From contig CAVPQB010000006.1 in the NCBI GenBank assembly GCA_963707505.1, forward strand, positions 288,001 through 352,000: a stretch of DNA of 64,000 nt. Direction: 5' to 3'. The stretch's first letter is position 1. Every line of letters starts with the position of its first letter. Under the pieces are notes generated by a model. That model worked only from the letters and a program-made list of their open reading frames with translations, ran no database searches and was not told where the DNA came from. Source of the stretch: an uncultured Gemmatimonadales bacterium. Its GTDB lineage: Bacteria > Gemmatimonadota > Gemmatimonadetes > Gemmatimonadales > Gemmatimonadaceae. Below, piece by piece: positions 61,180 to 64,000 of the stretch. Both the position numbers and the translations under genes were made by a program.

Positions 61180-61752
61180 CTACAGCAATCGCGTTTCGAT
61201 CCGCCGGTCCGGGACCAGCCAGATGAGTGCGACGGTGGCGTAGATGGCATCGGCGATCCAGGGGCGCACGAAGGCCAGTGCGATTCCTGACGCGTAGAGC
61301 AGCAGCGACGTGAGGCCTTTCGTGTCCTGTCCGATAGCCATGGCGAGCCGCGAGTCTCGTCCTTCTTCTCTTATTATCGCGGTCTGAAGAATCGTGTACG
61401 ACAGCGCGGCCATGATGAGCACAGCACCGTACAGCACCGTTGGCACCGACCTTTCGTAGTTTCGGCCCATCCATGCGGTGACGAACGGGACGAGCGAGAG
61501 CCAGAACAGCAGATGCAGATTGGCCCACAGGATTGCGCCGTTGACGCTATCCGTTGCCTGGAGCATGTGGTGGTGATTGTTCCAGTAGATGCCGAGGTAT
61601 ATGAAGCTCAGCACGTACGTGAGCACCGATGGAATGATCGGTCTGAGCGCAGCCCAGTCGTAGCCTACCGGCGGGTGCAGCTCGAGGATCATTATCGTTA
61701 TCAGAATCGCGACGACTCCGTCGCTGAACGCTTCCATGCGGTGCTTGTCCAA
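61180..61752 (-). CDS. TMEM175-family K+ channel (DUF1211)
   Basis: RMEAFSDGVVAILITIMILE, YWNNHHH; TTG 61752 with GAGGA SD. Confidence 0.92.
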   Translation of the reverse strand: MDKHRMEAFSDGVVAILITIMILELHPPVGYDWAALRPIIPSVLTYVLSFIYLGIYWNNHHHMLQATDSVNGAILWANLHLLFWLSLVPFVTAWMGRNYERSVPTVLYGAVLIMAALSYTILQTAIIREEGRDSRLAMAIGQDTKGLTSLLLYASGIALAFVRPWIADAIYATVALIWLVPDRRIETRLL

Positions 61753-61797
61753 GAAAGTGTTCCTCGCTCGTCGATCGCAGGAGAGCTGTGCAGGTGT

Positions 61798-61911
61798 CGT
61801 CATTCCCGCGAACGCGGGAATCCATCTGTTGCCGATCAGCTGTTGGGGCGACGCATGCGTCGCCCCTGCTACAGATCGATAATATGGATTCCCGCGTTCG
61901 CGGGAATGACG
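61798..61911. repeat. REPIN/MITE-like element, second full copy with a nested 22-bp palindrome
   Basis: Same arms as the 44922 copy; GGGGCGACGCATGCGTCGCCCC at 61845-61866. Confidence 0.85.
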
Positions 61912-61914
61912 GGG

Positions 61915-64000
61915 TTACCCTTCAAAATACGGCTGCGTCGGTCCAGTTGGGCTTCGCGGATCAGGTTTGACGAGGAAGCTCTGCGTGTAGCTCTTTCCAT
62001 TCACGGTGAGCTTCGCGGTAAAGGTGCCTGAAATCGGTGTGCCGCGACGACGGAAGCCGCCACCAGCGGCTCCCGCTTCCACCTTGATCGGATCCCAGAC
62101 GACGCGGTGCATTCCAGCGGCGGTCGCAAAGGGCGCTGGCGGCTCGCGCCAGAGTGCCGACGTATTGGGAATGCCACCTGCATTTCCACGCCGTCCACCC
62201 GCTGCCGGCTCGCGTTGCGGCTCGCTCGAGAACGTGTGCAACACAGCACCCGTGGAATCGAGGATGTCGATCGTCACGGGACCGGTTGCGGCAGTCTTGA
62301 GATAGTAGTCGATGGCTGCGCCGTTCGGCGGATTCGGGGCCTGGGGCTCGTCCTTCTGCAACGGAGTGCCGTTGTCGCCGCCCTCGATCATGTTGATCGA
62401 ATCACCCGGCTTGAACAGGTACGCTTCGGCATTTCCGATCGTGTCGTTGATCTGACGCAGCGGGCTGATGTCATCGATCACCCAGAAGCCGCGGCCGTGT
62501 GTCGCTACTATGAGATCGTTCTCGTAGATCTCGAAGTCGCGCATCGATGTGACGGGAAGATTCAACTGGAACGGTTGCCAGCTCTCTCCGTCATCAAACG
62601 AGATGTGCACGCCGAGCTCGGTGCCGGCGAAGAGGAGTCCCTGGCGCTTTGGATCTTCCTTGACGCTGTGCACGTATCCATTCGCCGGAAGACCAGTCGT
62701 GATCTTCTGCCAGGTCTTGCCTGCGTCGCGCGTACGATAGATGTACGGCGTGAAATCCTGGAGCTGATGTCTGTCGACACTCGCGTACGCGACATTGAAG
62801 TCGAAGTGTGACGCTTCCATCATCGTGACGCGACTCCACGACGTCATGGCCTTGGGCGTCACATCAGTCCAGCTCTTGCCGTCGTTCATCGTGAGCTGAA
62901 TCAACCCGTCATCGGTGCCGATCCAGATCATCGGGACGAACAACGGTGACGGTGCGATCGTGTAGATGACGCCGCGTTTGTCATTACCGACGTCCGCCGC
63001 GGCCGCCGCATCGAGCGTGCGCGGCACACCGGGATCCTTGCGCGTGAGATCGGGGCTTATCTGATTCCACGTGACGGCGTTGTCTGTGGTCTTGAACAGG
63101 AACTGGTTTCCGTAGTACAGCGCGCGCGGATCTGCACGGGAGAACACCAGTGGCTGAGTCCAGTCCTTGCGCCCGGTCTCCGGTGATTTTTGCACGGTGG
63201 TGCCCGATATCATCCGGTTCTCTTCCATGTTGTAGCGCTCGCCGGTGCCACCAAAGATGATGCCTGGATGCAGCACATCACCTGCGGTGTAACCGCTCTC
63301 GCCACCGGCAGCGACGGGCTCCCAGTCACGCATCGAGATCTCGGCGAACTTGCCGCGCGACCGTACCGCGACCGCGCCACTGTCCTGCTGTGCGCCAGTG
63401 ACCCAGTACGGGAATCGATAATCGACCGACACGTGATAGATCTGCGCGACGGGCTGATTGTACCACGAGCTCCACGTCACATCGCGGGGATCTTCAGTCT
63501 TCGCGTTGCGCGTGATGATGGTGCCCTGATCGCTCGCGGAGATCATCGTATTGCTATCATCCGGCGAGACCCAGACCTGGTGATAATCATCACCACCAGG
63601 CGAGCCGCGCAGCGCAACCCAGCTCTTGCCACCGTCCATCGAGCGTGAGATCGAAACGTTCGCGACATACACTATGTCGGCGTTCTTTGGATCGACGTCG
63701 ATGTGCTCGAAGTACCAGCCGCGTCCCCAAAGCGCCTGATCCGACGACAGTCTGCTCCACGTCTCACCGCCATCATCGGATCGGAAGAAGCCGCCAAGTC
63801 CGGCTGGCGACGCGAATGGATTGGGCGGTCCCGGTGGTGGCTTGGGTGCAGACGGGTCGGGATTGAGATTGTCGATCACCGCGTAAACGCGCTGCGGGTT
63901 GGATGGACACACCGCGATTCCAGATTTGCCCATTCCTTCGTTCGGCAGGCCCTTCGTGAGCTGCTTCCACGTACTTCCACCATCGGTCGACTTGTAAATT
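61915..64000 (-). CDS. VPS10/BNR-repeat beta-propeller glycosyl-hydrolase-like protein (5' truncated)
   Basis: Repeated S/TxDGGxTW Asp-boxes, GAQQDSG, ATHGRGFW. Confidence 0.85.
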   Translation of the reverse strand, partial: IYKSTDGGSTWKQLTKGLPNEGMGKSGIAVCPSNPQRVYAVIDNLNPDPSAPKPPPGPPNPFASPAGLGGFFRSDDGGETWSRLSSDQALWGRGWYFEHIDVDPKNADIVYVANVSISRSMDGGKSWVALRGSPGGDDYHQVWVSPDDSNTMISASDQGTIITRNAKTEDPRDVTWSSWYNQPVAQIYHVSVDYRFPYWVTGAQQDSGAVAVRSRGKFAEISMRDWEPVAAGGESGYTAGDVLHPGIIFGGTGERYNMEENRMISGTTVQKSPETGRKDWTQPLVFSRADPRALYYGNQFLFKTTDNAVTWNQISPDLTRKDPGVPRTLDAAAAADVGNDKRGVIYTIAPSPLFVPMIWIGTDDGLIQLTMNDGKSWTDVTPKAMTSWSRVTMMEASHFDFNVAYASVDRHQLQDFTPYIYRTRDAGKTWQKITTGLPANGYVHSVKEDPKRQGLLFAGTELGVHISFDDGESWQPFQLNLPVTSMRDFEIYENDLIVATHGRGFWVIDDISPLRQINDTIGNAEAYLFKPGDSINMIEGGDNGTPLQKDEPQAPNPPNGAAIDYYLKTAATGPVTIDILDSTGAVLHTFSSEPQREPAAGGRRGNAGGIPNTSALWREPPAPFATAAGMHRVVWDPIKVEAGAAGGGFRRRGTPISGTFTAKLTVNGKSYTQSFLVKPDPRSPTGPTQPYFEG

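Overview
GC-rich bacterial chromosome segment spanning the replication-origin region (dnaN-oriC-dnaA on the - strand; rpmH-rnpA-yidD-yidC-mnmE on the + strand). It also carries polA, rnpB, pyrE, upp, holA, mutS, ddl, queF, a MoxR/DUF58 cluster, two M16 peptidase pairs, an ECF sigma/anti-sigma pair and an NrtR-like regulator. The gene content (GWxTD, PEP-CTERM, VPS10-like hydrolase) suggests Gemmatimonadota, which is an inference only. Single-base frameshifts in yidC, two M16 genes, the SPOR gene, cbs and ddl look like long-read consensus errors. Main observations: (1) a 23-bp palindrome (consensus ATTAGT-AHC-W5-GDT-ACTAAT) recurs at least 9 times, in the promoter of a Nudix-degenerate NrtR-like gene but mostly inside genes and once inside rnpB, which resembles chromosome-organising sites more than an ordinary regulon; (2) a beta-clamp-binding-like motif (QMDFF) in the DnaA linker; (3) three matching ECF promoters around the sigma gene; (4) repeated leaderless-gene signatures; (5) phased 11-bp repeats upstream of rnpB; (6) a REPIN-like repeat family. 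No CRISPR array, rRNA, tRNA or transposase was seen.
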